Made by a program: the position numbers and the translations under genes. 64,000 nt of DNA, taken from NCBI GenBank assembly GCA_964016885.1, contig OZ024743.1, positions 348,440,001-348,504,000 on the forward strand. The letters run 5' to 3'. How positions within the stretch are numbered: position 1 is the stretch's first letter; the number at the start of each line of letters is the position of its first letter. Below the pieces are notes generated by a model. The model ran no database searches, was not told where the DNA came from, and was given only the letters and a program-made list of their open reading frames with translations. Source of the stretch: Eledone cirrhosa. Lineage: Eukaryota. Shown here one piece after another: positions 42,697-57,203 of the stretch.

Positions 42697-45098
42697 TTGA
42701 TGTATTAGTAATAATATGTATTAGTAATAATATATTGGTTTAGATGTGTATGTTATGGATTATATATTATTTAAATAAATATATAGTATTTTACATTAGA
42801 GAAAATCTAGTATAGTTTATTTTATTAAAGTAAGTTTGGCAAAATTATATTTATTCATAGCTGTAAGTCAAAACTTAAACATCCAGATAATTCTAAATTT
42901 ATGAAAATTTACGAGAGTTTGCAAAGGAATAACTACTTAATTATATTATAAAAACAGTGAGGCGGTATAAAGGAAGTTAGAAGTGATTTTTTAAGAACTC
43001 AAATGACTCCAAGGATACATAAAAAAATCTTTAAAAAAAAATATTTTTATTTTTTTTATTTTTTTTAAATTTTTTATGAGAAGTCATAAATGTTATAAAG
43101 TTAAAAAATGTTATCTTAAGAATATAATTAAAACATAAACCATATGTTATTTAATAAGAAGTCATAAATTTAACTTAAGAATATAATTAAATCATAAACC
43201 ATAGGTTATTTTATATGAAGTCATTCTTGTTATAAAGTTTTTAAAATTTATCTTAAGAATATAGTTAAAACATAAACCTTAGGTTATTCCACATATATAT
43301 ATAAAACCTATATATATAAATCATGTGTTATTCCCCATATATATAAATATTTGGATACATATATTAAAAATGTTTGAAGATATACATTATTGGAAAATGT
43401 GAAAATAAAGGTTTTTCTATATCTTTCAAAGGAACTTGCAAAGAATTTTCTAAAACCTTCAGAAAGTTTTTCAAGGAAAATTTTCCTTAAAAGAATTTCA
43501 AGTAGTCATATAAAAAAAGGTTATAATCTATTGATAAGTGTAATAATAGAAAATATATTTATGAGGTAGAGATAATAGAAAGTAAATTAAATATATATGA
43601 ATCATATATAGATATAATCTGAAGGATGAGGTTGTAGGTGGTTGGATATAGAAAATATTATGTAAAGGAGATTAACCATATATTACATTTTATATATATA
43701 TATCTAAAAGTTGAGTTTAAATGATGTTTACAAAAACTAAATAAATTATTTCGCAAATTAATAGAGTTCTTACTTTTTAGTATAACGAATATTTCTTCAA
43801 CGCAAAGGGAGCAATCTTTGGATAGAGCCGTGTATGAAGGAGCTTTGGAGATAATTTAACAAGATAAAGATTAGTTAATATTCTTGGATTTTAAGTTCCA
43901 TAATAAGTTGGATAGATAAGTTGAACGTTTTTTACCAATATTCGTAAAGGAACATTTATGTTTATTGAAACGAGATTTGAAGCCTGTGGAAGTAGATAGA
44001 ACCGACATAGTTAAAGGAATTTTCATTGGTTTTGACATTATAATTGTATACTATATTTTTAACTAAACAGTTATTATTTAGAGGACAGTTAGATTTATTT
44101 CTACAATTACATTTATCTGAATTTATATTATTGGGAGCCGTAACATTATATTGGATATTGCTAGAGGTATTAATGCTATTCTGGTTAGGTTTTAAGTTTC
44201 TATTAATATTCTATTAATATTCTGCGCTAAATTCATAGTTTTGGAATATGAGAGTTTAATAGTATGTCTATTAAAGATTGAGTAATATATGTGTGTCTTA
44301 GGAAAGCACTTATCTAGAGCTTTAAAAAATAATTTAGCTATTGGAGTTTTAATACTTAAAAATGAGAAAGGGGGAGCGAACGATAATATATTTCTAGTTC
44401 TATTTCTTCTTCTGCCATATTTCCTATTATAATTATATTTATAGTTATGGTTAATTCGCACGTCCTTATTATTAATGTATTTAATTTCATTACTATAGCC
44501 TGCTCTAATAACATATGATTTTTATATATAGTTTTTTTTATATATATGTGGAATAACCTATGGTTTATGTTTTAACTCTATTCTTAAGATAAATTTGTTT
44601 AACTTTATAATAAGTATGACTTCTTATAAAATAACCTATGGTTTATGTTTAATTATATCTTAAGATAAATTTATGACTTCTTATAAAATAACATATGGTT
44701 TATGTTTTAATTATATTCTTAAGATAACATTTTTTAACTTCATATCATTTATGTCTTCCCATAAAACTTTAAAAAAATAAAAATAAAATAAATATAATGT
44801 TTTTTGAAAGTTTTTTTATGTATCCTTGGAGTCATTTGAGTTCTTAAAAACCACTTCCAACTTCCTTTATACTTCCTTACTGTTTTTATAATATAATTAA
44901 ATAGTTCCTTTGCAAACTCTCGTAAATTTTCATATATTTAGAATTATTTGGATGTTTAAGTTTTGACTTACAACTATTAATAAATATAATTTTGCCACAC
45001 TTACTTTAATAAAATAAACTATACTAGATTTTCTCTAATGTAAAATACTATATATTTATTTAAATAATTTATAATGCATAACATACACATCTAAACCA

Positions 45099-45283
45099 AG
45101 GTGGATTGGCAGTATCGGTAGAGAGTCGGACGCCATGCTTTCCAGCATAGTTACGTTTATTTACGGTCTGAGTTCAAATCCCGCCGAGGTTTACTTTGCC
45201 TTTCATCCTTACGGGGTCGATAAAATTAAGTACCAGTAATGCACTGGTTATTTGCTGGCCTTGTTTCTAAAGTAGATACAATT
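45099..45283 (+). mobile_element. OK-type SINE within the right inverted arm
   Basis: GGTGGATTGGCAGTATCGG...GAGTTCAAATCCCGCCGAGG...GTACCAGTAATGCACTGG; same relative position as 42512-42696. Confidence 0.88.
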
Positions 45284-45791
45284 ATTACTAATACATCTTA
45301 ATATAATATAAATACTTCTGTTTTAATTTTTAATTTTTAATCTAATTTTTCAACCTATCATTATAAATATTATAATCACAACGCAATGAACCCTACATTC
45401 TAAATATTCTTCTTCCACGTTAATCTTATTTCTTCTTTCACTTCTTTCACTTAGATATATTTACACTATGTATATTTTTTATTAAAACTTATTCCTTCAT
45501 TCTCTCTGACTTTCTTCACTATCACTATGTATAATCGTTCTTTCTTTCCTCTTCTCTCTTTCTCCTTCCTTTTCTTTTTCTCTCTCCCTTACATATCATC
45601 TTCTTCCAACGGTTTAATTTAAATAAACCGTTATCTTTTCAACTTTTCGCATACTCACTCATAACTTTGCATACACACTCATAACTTTGAATTACCCTCA
45701 ATAAATATTATCCCCACTATCCAGGAAGCGCCAACCGTTAAGGCTGTCTTTTTTTACGGGTATGTCAATATTTATTTATAAAACAAATATG

Positions 45792-45857
45792 TATTTTATC
45801 TGATGAAAGGGCACAATAATTTGCCTCGATTGCCCTGGAAATATATATAATAAAGTA
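45792..45857 (+). ncRNA. Type I hammerhead motif
   Basis: TATTTTAT-CTGATGA-aAGGGCA...TGCCCTg-GAAA-TATATA-TA-ATAAAGTA. Confidence 0.7.
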
Positions 45858-45896
45858 AATATGGTTTTATAAATATAGCTTCAATTTATTATTATA

Positions 45897-46084
<188 letters not shown>

Positions 46085-46275
46085 CTAAGGCGGGTAAAAT
46101 TCCCGAGATCCATGGACGAGTTCTCTCCAGCGGTCTCTGTCCCTCATTATCGCTGCCATATCCTGCATCTCCAACAGACCAGTGTCTGTCCTTAGGGCAT
46201 CAACATATGTTAACCTTGGTCTTCCTCTTCTAGTGTGTCCATGTAGGGGCTCCCAAAGGAGCACTGAGTGCAATG
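46085..46275 (-). mobile_element. RTE-type LINE extreme 3' fragment
   Basis: [30 protein letters not shown]...[11 protein letters not shown]; flanked by (TA)n. Confidence 0.85.
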
Positions 46276-46639
46276 TCAATATAGATATATATAAATATAT
46301 ATATAAATATATATATAAATGGAAAAGAATGAAATGAAATTTCATTTCTCACTCTTTAGTTCATCGTTCCTTTGTCAGTGTTGAACAAAAGGGCGACGAT
46401 GTTTGCCGAACACTGTACGGCTTACTTCAGGCTCTTTTTTTACAAACAAACCGAGCATTATAATAAATGTTCGGTAAACCCATACGTACATATATATATA
46501 TATATGTGTGTGCCTGTATGTACATATATATACTACTGGACGTCTGTATACATATATGTATGTACGTTTACATACATACATACTTACAAACACACACACA
46601 TATATATATATATATATGTGTATATATATATATGTATAT

Positions 46640-46735
<96 letters not shown>

Positions 46736-47336
46736 TTTTATTTATATTCATATATAAATTCAAAAACGAATCACATATATAAACATCAAATATTAACAGG
46801 AGATAATTTACAAAGAATAAAGAGGTCATGTCTGAGAAAATGTCAGACACATGCCATATCACCTGTAAGGGAAGTTCAAAGAAAAGAAAGATTCTAAGGA
46901 TTATATTAGTAGACCATTCTACTGATGAAAGGCTTTGACTGCTATTTCTAGCTATCAGCAAACCGTCGTCGGGATGAAGCTAAGACGTAGTGGTTTTTCC
47001 TAACAACATGTCCTTAATATGCATTGGAGGTATATGTTCATATAGTTCAATTTTCTCTCTCGACGACTACCTAAGATTCACCATTTAATGGTGAAACATA
47101 ATTCATAAGCAATAATGGAAAAGTGTACGAGAGGGTATAAACAAATATTGAATGTCAGATATGTTTGTTAAATTTAAGTATGCCGCCTTTTGTAATTATA
47201 TATTCTTACACTATTTGCAAATTATCTCCTGTTAATGTTTAATATGTCTATATATATATATGCCATTTCGTTTGAATTTATAATAAGAGCTTGGACTTGT
47301 TCCTTAGAATCGATTGCTTGTTCAACTAACACTTGG

Positions 47337-47366
<30 letters not shown>

Positions 47367-47367
<1 letters not shown>

Positions 47368-47386
47368 ATCAAATATCCAGCTTACG

Positions 47387-47468
<82 letters not shown>

Positions 47469-47488
47469 CGTAAGCTGGATATTTGATT
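47367..47488. repeat. Perfect palindrome with a (TA)n core
   Basis: AATCAAATATCCAGCTTACGTAA-(TA)n-TTACGTAAGCTGGATATTTGATT. Confidence 0.95.
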
Positions 47489-48082
47489 TCGGATTCATAG
47501 AAGCACTTTAAACGTTTATCGTTTGATTTGTCCAGGTGTATCTTGTTAACCTGTTAGTTTTTTCGTTAGTTTGGTATTGTGTGTTAGGTTTTGCCTACCA
47601 CAATGTTCAATTTGTCAAGCTTTTTAAACGTATGTTATTACTCTAAGGACCTTCGCTTATTGAGTGCTTTGCTAACTCATTCATATTATAGGTCGTCTTT
47701 CCTTGCCCACGGCCAAAGCTTCGATTTGACTAAGCTTCCACTTGTATATATATATATATATATCCAGGGGGTGTAACTATGAGTTACTGCAGGTTCACCC
47801 GGGTAAGCACTCGATGTTTAGTTTCACTTCTGTGATGATGTGTAGAGCTATACAGAGTGTAATATATAGAAAGGATAACATGGACGATTGATCATTCCTT
47901 CATTGCATTTATTGATTTTCTTATAGCATTTTAAGAAGGTCCGTCGAGCTGCAGATTATTGAGTCGGGTAGGATCGATATAGATCGAACCTTGAGCTGAT
48001 CAGTGGCGAAACGCGCGTCACCTATCAATAAATTCAATGAAGGAATAATCAATCGTCCTTTTTATCCTTTCTATATATATGT

Positions 48083-48229
<147 letters not shown>

Positions 48230-48754
48230 TCGATGCAGGGTTAATGAGTATATCCCACAGTACTGAAGTGTATTGTGTTATTGTGGAAAGATGATATTCT
48301 CGTACATGTTGAGTATTCAAAGCTATAAAATTAATATTTTATTTGGATAGACACCAGAATTGATGTGCTTTTTTGGCGGCTGTTATGGAGTTGCATAATT
48401 GCCATTGATTGGTGTCCACATCGAAAAGTTTGATCTCAGAAACGGTCGTAAAACAATTGATTACATGCCACTGGCAACTTCTTTCTTCTATACGGTGTAC
48501 TGGTGGTGCATGTGTTTTTAGGGTATTTAGAGCCATCGACTATATTTACGGTTACTTTTCTGCGATTGAGTATACAACATTTTCTGCGACAGTTTCTGTA
48601 CCTTCGAGGCAAAAGCCTGGGCAAAGTGTTTTTATGGAAGATCAGCAATCACCCATGCATACAAATGTTTCCTCTTCACGCCACCGATGGAGTTCAAGGG
48701 AACGATAAGAAGCGATATAGCTTGTCACCAATGACGTCAACACTCATTTCCAGC

Positions 48755-48870
48755 TAAGTGCACTTGGGTAACATGAAAGAAATTGTATTGCTCACGGACA
48801 CAACGCACCTCAAGGAATTGAATTCAGAACCTCATGATTGTAACAACGCTACAACCAGCAAACCAAACCC
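48755..48870 (-). mobile_element. Degenerate CORE-like SINE fragment
   Basis: Reverse of CAATCATGAGGTTCTGAATTCAATTCC...GCGTTGTGTCCGTGAGCAATAC; a similar fragment lies near 62625-62740. Confidence 0.55.
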
Positions 48871-49534
48871 TCACATACATAAATATACACTACTCACCGA
48901 ATTGAATATATTGTTTTAGCCAAATCTAAGCTAGAAAAAACCTTGCACACACACATAACTATACACTTACTCGCCCTCATTTTCTCTCTCCTAACAGACA
49001 TATATTCACGCTCAATAAGAGTGACTCTGGTGGCAAGAATATGGATTGCAGGGTACCATACTAGAATTAGTGAGCCGTAAATGATTTATATTTAATTGAA
49101 ATTACAACACCTAATGAGAAGAAAATTCTTGGGTCACAGCCCCAACTGCATATATCCGTTAAAATTTTATTCTGACTGATTACATTTTTGTGGCTTCTTA
49201 CATTATGCTGACCCCGAAAAACAATTTTTCATTAACGCTAATGACTTTTCTCCTCATTAGACAGGTATTTCTATTAATTAAAATGTATTTTCAGTTCACC
49301 ACATAAAATATGATGGCCTAGACACATTTAAATGCTTTTCATTTAAAAAGTATCAGTTGAAAAATAATGTTTGCAATGTAATTATTTAGAAAATGTCATA
49401 ATCACTGATAGTTTCGAAAATAATTATGTTAGTCGTTCTAGGATGTTGATAGCCATTGGAATTAAATGGACTATACTTCTCTGGGGAGGTTCCATTTTAC
49501 AGAAATATGTCCGTTTGTCACTGTGGCTACATAT

Positions 49535-50145
49535 CGCAGTTGAGCTAAGGGAACTCTGACAACATCATACCGTCTAAAGAAAGAAGCTGAATCAAACCAC
49601 TTTTGAAAATGTAAACAAACATCGTGCGTGAAGCTCAAATTTTCTAGCTTACGAAACACTCTAGATAAATATATAAGAGGATGTATGGGGCTCAATCACA
49701 AACAATAACTGCAATTGTAGTTAGTTGCAATCACAATCGACTAAAGACCTTTAGAGACGGAAACATGTTGTCAACGACTGTTTGTTACTCTGGATCCCCC
49801 AGATACTGGATAGGAGCTCTCATCAGTGAGCTAAGTTACCTCTGACAATATCCTACCATCTGAATTAAGGAGATAAATCAAACACCTATTGAAAATATAA
49901 ACAAACCTCATGTGTGGAGCTCAAGTTTCCGAAGTTAAGAAGCATTAAGGGGATACATTTATGAGAAGCGTAAGGTGACTAAGTAGAGAATATGACTCCA
50001 ATTACAGTCAGTTGCTAATAATAGCAAAGAACCTTAGAGACGAAAGGATTTTTTACAGCAGCCGCTATCAAGATTCGAAGTTCGTATCTCCCCAGACTGC
50101 AATAACAGTTATATTATGCGCTTAAACGACCTGACATCATTGACC
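49535..50145. repeat. Diverged tandem duplication, ~288-bp unit, about 2 copies
   Basis: GAGCTAAG...CTCTGACAA at 49541 and 49829; AAACAAAC.TC.TG.GTG.AGCTCAA at ~49613 and ~49898; ACCTT(T)AGAGACG at ~49747 and ~50031. Confidence 0.75.
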
Positions 50146-50149
50146 TCAT

Positions 50150-50505
50150 ATGTATGCAAAATGGGACCCTCTATTCATTTTACACGCACTAATCATGAGT
50201 GACTTGGTGTCCAATTTTCATGAAAATTGGCTGACTCGGTGAGGTCCACGTAAATAATCGACAAGAAGCCCTGTTTTAATGGCATGCACATTTTTCATGT
50301 GGGGCTGAAATAAATTTATAACTCAGCATCAAAAACTCTGACTCAATTGGAGGAAAGCATTCATCATGTACTGACCAAAATAGCTCCTGCGTTTCTGATG
50401 AAGTCAGTCGAGGATATAGCCTGACGATAACAAATAATGATATGACAACTCTGGTGCATATCGAAAGATTTAATACTGCACTGTATGTCTAAAATTATAC
50501 TGTTC
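50150..50505 (+). mobile_element. Possible Tc1/mariner transposase 3' remnant
   Basis: Decayed F-x-WG...QHQKL/KTLTQLEESI block resembling mariner/maT C-termini; no intact frame. Confidence 0.3.
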
Positions 50506-50619
50506 AAAATGAAACATGCTTTATGAAAATCAACAAATAATTATAGGACAATAGATATGAATAATATAGGAAGTCCACAATTTCAAACGGTCTTTTATTC
50601 AGATCGCAAGTTTGAAAAT

Positions 50620-52065
50620 AGTATGGTCGACTTAGATAACACACGTAGGTTAGGAGACGGTTACTAGAAGCTGGACATATCGTTTCTCGCAAGTACAGGG
50701 ACCGGGTCAACAATTTAGTTCAGCAGAAGTTAACAGGTGGGATTGTCAATAACAGGTTGTTGGAGGCTCTCAAAAGAAACATGACAGTAATTTTGATAGG
50801 TTTTATCTACAAATTAGTGTTAGAGAAAAACAGAAACGAGCGGGAGCTGGTAGCTAAATTAAACGGGGTTATTTGTCGTGGATTTGCAACTGACGTGCTC
50901 GTGGCGAGAATGGGATTAGACCATTTTTTCAATGAGAATCACGAATGTTGCATTGTTAGAGCTAAGGCACGTGGCAGAGGCGCAGCGTGGTAACAAAACC
51001 ACAATGTGGTCTTTGACGGGCATAAAAATACGTGAAATGAACGATTCCAGCACTTAACTTGGCTATTCGGGAGTGAGTGGTGGGTCATACACAGTGGCAG
51101 ACTTCAGTCCCTACCTTGACGGCCTACCACGTCTCGCGCCAGCCGTTGCTAAGCACTCCGAACTTCAGCCGAGATTCTGGGTTTCCTAATCGGATACACG
51201 AGGCGCAAGTCACTTGAGCTTTACTTAGATATGCCAGATTTGTTCTCCAATCTCCTCGAAGCGCTCTACTGCAACTGGGAGGAAAATGGGAGTATTTCCA
51301 GTTCTATGAAGCGAGGCGTAGTGACGCTGATAAGGAAAAACAAGAACAATATAGATAACTTCAGGGCTATAACTCTGTTGAAAACAGAATTTAAGATTTT
51401 GACGAATGTTTTATTGAAAAGGTTGGCGCTTGTCGTCGTTGATTTGGTAGCGATGGTGTAAACTTGCGCAATTCCGGCCAAGTCCATATTCGACAACCTC
51501 CACCTCATGCGATACATCATAGAGAGCGTAGGGTGAAAACCTGGCTTCAGTGGGGCTCATATCAATTTAGATCAATCGAAAGATTTCTATAGGGTCGCAT
51601 ATAGAATACTTAAGGCAGCCCTCAAATCAGCAGAATTCGGTCACGTCTTCAGAGGTTGAGTTATGTGCAACAGCTTATGTCGCGTGTAGATCGGATCCGG
51701 CTATCGACCATTCCAAAGTGAAGATCGCCACCTTCTTTTGGCTGGGAAAGTCAGGCAATATTCCTCGGTCTGTAGTGAAAAGGATTGTGTTTTGGGCCAA
51801 GTTGAAATGACTGAAAGCTGACACTTTTCTCTCCGGCCAAACCCTCATAGACTTTTTCAAGTTTCACTTGGCAAAGGAAGGGTGGAGAGAGAAATACAAC
51901 ACAGTACATTTGGTAAAGGATGGGTGAATGTGGCGATAATGGCCCGTGTGAATATGCCGATGCTGATCATGCACCTATAGTCTGGTGAATTTGAGGTGGA
52001 GAGGGGTGCACTTACGGGTAATCGGAGTCTCGGGTGGTTACTGATTGGTGGGTAACTGAGTCACC
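50620..52065 (+). mobile_element. Decayed Tx1/L1-like LINE fragment with internal deletion
   Basis: MPDLFSNLLEALYCNWEENG...DNFRAITLLKTEFKIL...KRLALVV and DNLHLMRYII closely match ORF2 at 8507-10108; the match jumps to 3'-end sequence near 51670. Confidence 0.9.
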
Positions 52066-52069
52066 CCTG

Positions 52070-55000
52070 TCTGACAAATGGTGACCACATCTATGCTCCG
52101 TTTAAACATATCTGGATATCAGCGCATCTTTACACATCATCAAGCATGGCATGCCTAGTCCTCCACATAGAGAGTGGTGGCAGGAGATGGATTGCCTCAC
52201 GAATGAAACTTCTACCTTCCACAAGCCGTTGAGGAGCAAATGTTCCAAATTGGTGAATCGTGAACTGGGGCAAGACACGGCCATCAGGTGGAAGTAGATG
52301 ACAGACTTGATATGCGATTCCTCCACCTCAACCAGACCATTCAGAGATAGCTTACTCTCGGGTCCATTTCTGGGAGAAAGTAGCCACCCTGCTCTTTTTA
52401 TCCTCCCTATTCTTATCTACCTGGAGTTCTCGTCCAAACCAGATCCCGAGCACTTTATCGGTCCGTCTGTCCAGTATCCGACGACCCTGTTGGACGGCTT
52501 CGATTTACCTAACCAGGTGCTGACCTCCAAACCCACCGAATTTTCCGGGTTAATTTTCCTCCCGTCAACCTTTCAAATTCTTCTAAGAAGTTGCCGACCA
52601 CCTAGATATCCAACTTGTTCTACAGCATCATGTTCTTATCGTCCGCATGTACCAACACAGCCCTCCAACGCCTCGGTTCGTACGGGATTCACAGCAATAG
52701 CTCCTGATTCCGCAGTTAAACTCTTAAACTCGAGAGTCAATACGTACAGAAGGGAGGAGAAAGGGCACCCTTGACGGACCGACCGCTTATGCTTAATCGG
52801 TTCAGAAAGATAGACATTTACTTGGACCACAGAGCAGGTGGCGCTGTGCATTACAGCGATCCATCTTCTGTTGAGGAGACCGAAGTCAGCTGCTCTGAGG
52901 ACAGCCTCCAAGTATCGATATTAGACCCTATCGAAATATTTCGATTGATCTAAAGTGATCATAGCCCTACCGAATCCAGGTTAACACACCACCCTCGCTT
53001 TGATGTATCGCATGAGGTGGAGGTTGTCGGGAGTTGACCTGATGGGGATTGCGCAAGTTTGCGTCTTTTCTACCAAAACCTCGACGACAACCATCAATCT
53101 CTTCACTAAAATCTTAAACTCCATGTTTATTAAAGATATAGACCTGATATTGTCTAAGATATTACACTTGTTCTCGCCATTACTCATCTTCCTTGCTACA
53201 CCACGTCTCACAGAACTGGGAATGCTCCGGTTCTGCTGTCAGTTGCAGTAGACCACTTCGTGGAGGTCGGAGAACAAGTCTGGTATATTTACCTAAAACT
53301 CCTAGGCCTGAGCATCCAAACTGGGTGACTTGCAACTCGTCCAACCGACTAGGTTATCTCGACTCTCGGTGACGATATTGGCATTTCGCAGCACACAGCA
53401 TAGGTTGGGGAGTGTACCGTATCCGACCACCGTATCCGACCTTCCGCCTTCTCCGAACAGTCGAGCGAATTGCTTGCGAAAGGCCACTCTCCTCTCCTAG
53501 GAATCGTTCATCGCGGTCTATCAAATTGTGTTTTGTTACACCACTAAGCATCCTCCATACCGGCCATTCGAACAGCTTTGTTCCCTCGATTCTTAGCTCT
53601 TACAATGCAATCTTTGTGTCTCGTATTGGAGAAAAGGTCTAACGCTATTTTCACCGCTAGCACGTCAGTCACAATGCCACTACAAATAGCCTCGTCTAAT
53701 TTAGCTACCAGCTCTTACATCCTTCCTTTTTTTTCTAACGTTACTCCTTTACTTAAACCTATTGAAACTAGTTTCATCTCTCTTTTGAGAGAATACCCCA
53801 TCTGTTGTTGACGAACCCACCCTGTCAACATACTTAAATAAATTGCTGACCAGTTTCCTACAAGACCTACACACCGGGAATGATGTGTTCAGCTTCCAGT
53901 AAACAGGTCTTAACCTATAAGTTCCATTTAGGTTGACCATGCAGATCACATATTTGTGATCTGAATAGGCGATCGTTTGGAAATGTGGATATCCTATAAT
54001 ATCCCTATCTACTGAAATATTAAAGAAAATATCTATATGCGATCTATATGAATCACTTTTGTTTGTTTATCTCCAAACTGGCGTATTAGGGGAATCAAGT
54101 CGGTACCTGTCAGGCAGTTTGAACAGGCATGACTTTTTCTGTATCATTTTTGTTGTTGTGCTTTTTTACGTTTGGGTGAATGTGGTAGCGGTGGTGGTGG
54201 TGGTGGTGGTGTTTGTTGTGTGTGTGTCATCTACGATTGCGGTTCTTTGTGTGTATGTGGTGTTTCTTTTTATTTTTGCGCTTTTTTTTTCCATTTGTGG
54301 TTGTCCATCATCTTCGCTACTGGAAGACGATGGCTTGATGTTACTTTCATATGATTGTGTTTGTTTTTTCTAGGTGCTTCAGTTTTGAATGACACCGAGA
54401 TGGTGCCGCACTATCTGAATCTTGCAATATTTTCAAAGACTTCTCTAATCCATTTCAGTGTAGCCTCCACTCCAAATAATGGGGCCAATTCCGCTTTGCA
54501 TGTTTGCACTGAAATGCATCGATTAATTACCCTTCTCCATTGTGTTGCAGATTTACTTCGGGTGGGTTAGTTTGGCGCAGGTTTTATCTTGTTTGATAAA
54601 TTTCCGATCCTTGGCCAAATGTTCTTCCTCGTCTGATAAGTCTGTATTAAAATATATATATATATATATATTCATTAGTTAAGCAAATCAAGACCACAAA
54701 TTTCTTTTTGCAGCCACAACGAATGTGCTGTTGTTGTTGTAGTTGTTATTCGTTCTGTTTTTGTTGTTGTTGTTGTTTTTTTTCCATGTTATTGTGTTTG
54801 CTGTTGCTGTTGCAGGTGGTAATGTTCGGCTCGTTCTTTCCTTAGTTGCTGTTATCGCCGTTGTGTCTTCCACTTGTTTCGTTGTTGCTGATAGTGGTGT
54901 CGTTGTTCACGCTGTTATTGTCGGTGGTGTCGTTGTAGGTGTTGTTCCCATTGTTGCTTTTGTGATGTTTTCTTTAATGGTGCTGCTGTTGTTTTTGCTG

Positions 55001-55080
55001 TTGTCAGTGAAGCTGCCTGTTGTGGTGATTGTGGTGGGGATGGAGTTTCTCCTCCCAACGGGACAGCTGGCTCAACGTTT
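52070..55080 (-). mobile_element. Decayed Tx1/L1-like LINE (ORF2 to ~54050; ORF1-like low-complexity remnants to ~55080)
   Basis: YWKLNTS, DNIRSISLINMEFKIL, DNLHLMRYI, RSVRQGCPFSSLLYVLTLE, GGLGMPCL; Thr/Asn-rich upstream region like ORF1 at 12086-12616. Confidence 0.85.
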
Positions 55081-55334
55081 ATGTTTATTTTTAAAGTCCA
55101 TGTTTATTTTAAAGAAAACAAATTTTCACAAAAATAGAATTCGAATATTTGGACCGAAGTCCCAAATATTATAGACTGTTCTTTTCACAAAAGAAAGACG
55201 AAAATATTATGACCCATTTGCAACAAAAAAATACATAACAAAATGAAAATAAAAGACCTTAAATTAACAACCTTAACAGAGCTGGAATCATTCATCTTCA
55301 CAAAGCAAAATTCAAATATAAAAATAATAATAAT

Positions 55335-55547
55335 GGTTTCGTATATAGGCACAATTCCATCAATATTGGGGAAAGGGAAAATCGATTAAATCGACCCCAG
55401 TGCGTGACTGGTACTTTATTTATCAACCCCGTAAGGATGAAAGGCAAAGCAGAACTCAGCGGGATTTGAACTCAGAAAGTAAAGGGCCGTCACTATATGA
55501 CGCAAAGCATAATGTCCGACACTCTAACTATACTGCCAATCCACCGT
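55335..55547 (-). mobile_element. OK-type SINE
   Basis: Reverse of CGGTGGATTGGCAG...CTGAGTTCAAATCCCGC...TTTGCCTTTCATCCTTACGGGG...GTACCAGTCACGCACTGGGGTCGAT. Confidence 0.85.
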
Positions 55548-56193
55548 GGAGGTTTCCATCGAGAGATAGAAAGAGAAAGCGACACTAGGAAAACAATAGC
55601 AATAATAATAAAATCATAATAATAACCATAGAAAAAATATTACAAGAATTAACAACGAAAGTTCCCGAACAATAAAGGAAGAAATCCTTGTTTAATTCCA
55701 GGTGAAATCCTACCCTGAAACACCGGATAATATGTCCGCACACATACACAGACACAGACACACACACACACACACATACGCATACACACACACACACACA
55801 CATACCGATACACACACACACATACAGATACACACATACACACATACAACACACATAATGATCGTAATCATAATAATTTTGCCAAGAGACACCTGTAGAT
55901 ATAAACCGATTAGATGAACTGAAGGAATGAAAAATTCTGAGCAATATAAATAACAATTAGGGGAAAAAGACACCGACCGTAAATTCTTATGAATAATAAA
56001 ATATTTATAGCCATAAAAGATCAAAAGAATGGACCATATTCCACCTTATTGCTTTCTTTTTATCTTAGCGAAACATGGGTGTTTGTATATCTGAGACTAG
56101 TTGTAACTGTAAATATATTGGAGCTATATCTGACGATGTGTGTGCTTGTTGGTAATAGGATACACACACACACAAACTAATATGCTTATATAT

Positions 56194-56228
<35 letters not shown>

Positions 56229-56347
56229 TATACAAGATACCTACTGATATATGAATTTACATAGATTCACGCAATCATATATATGCGTATGTAAATGTTT
56301 GTGTTTGCGTGTATGCTTGTGTGAGTATCGGCATATATATATATGTG

Positions 56348-56390
<43 letters not shown>

Positions 56391-56460
56391 TATACATATA
56401 TATATAAATTATACATATATGTATATATATAAATATAGATACATATATGTATAAATTATA

Positions 56461-56614
<154 letters not shown>

Positions 56615-57094
56615 GTATATATTTATATGTCTGTGTGGGCGTGAGTACGTGAGTGTGGGTAAAATTTGTCTTAAGATAACCTCTTTATATCCTACACTAG
56701 CGATTTGTTAGTTTGTAATCCAATCTCCTAGTTCAGCGGCCATTTTATCAAACACTGACGGACATGTTGTTTTGCTTAAGTGTATTCAACTAGAAGCACA
56801 CAGCTGTAGCTATTTCATGCCAACAACGTCCTCGTCTTGAATTCATGTTTTCTTTTGTGTGTAAATTTCTTTAAGCTTCTCAGTTTTCTACTCAAAATCA
56901 TAGACGACATTTGACAAAGACAACGACGACAAGGACGAAGACGATGGTGAGAAACAAGAAGAAGAAGAAGAAGAAGAAGAAGAAGAAGAAGAAGAAGAAG
57001 AAGAAGAAGAAGAAGAAGAAGAACCAAAGGACATATATTTGAGAAAAAATGATAAATGGTATGGAGAGATTGCAGAGGAAAACGATATATACAC

Positions 57095-57187
<93 letters not shown>

Positions 57188-57203
57188 TATATATATATAT
57201 ATA

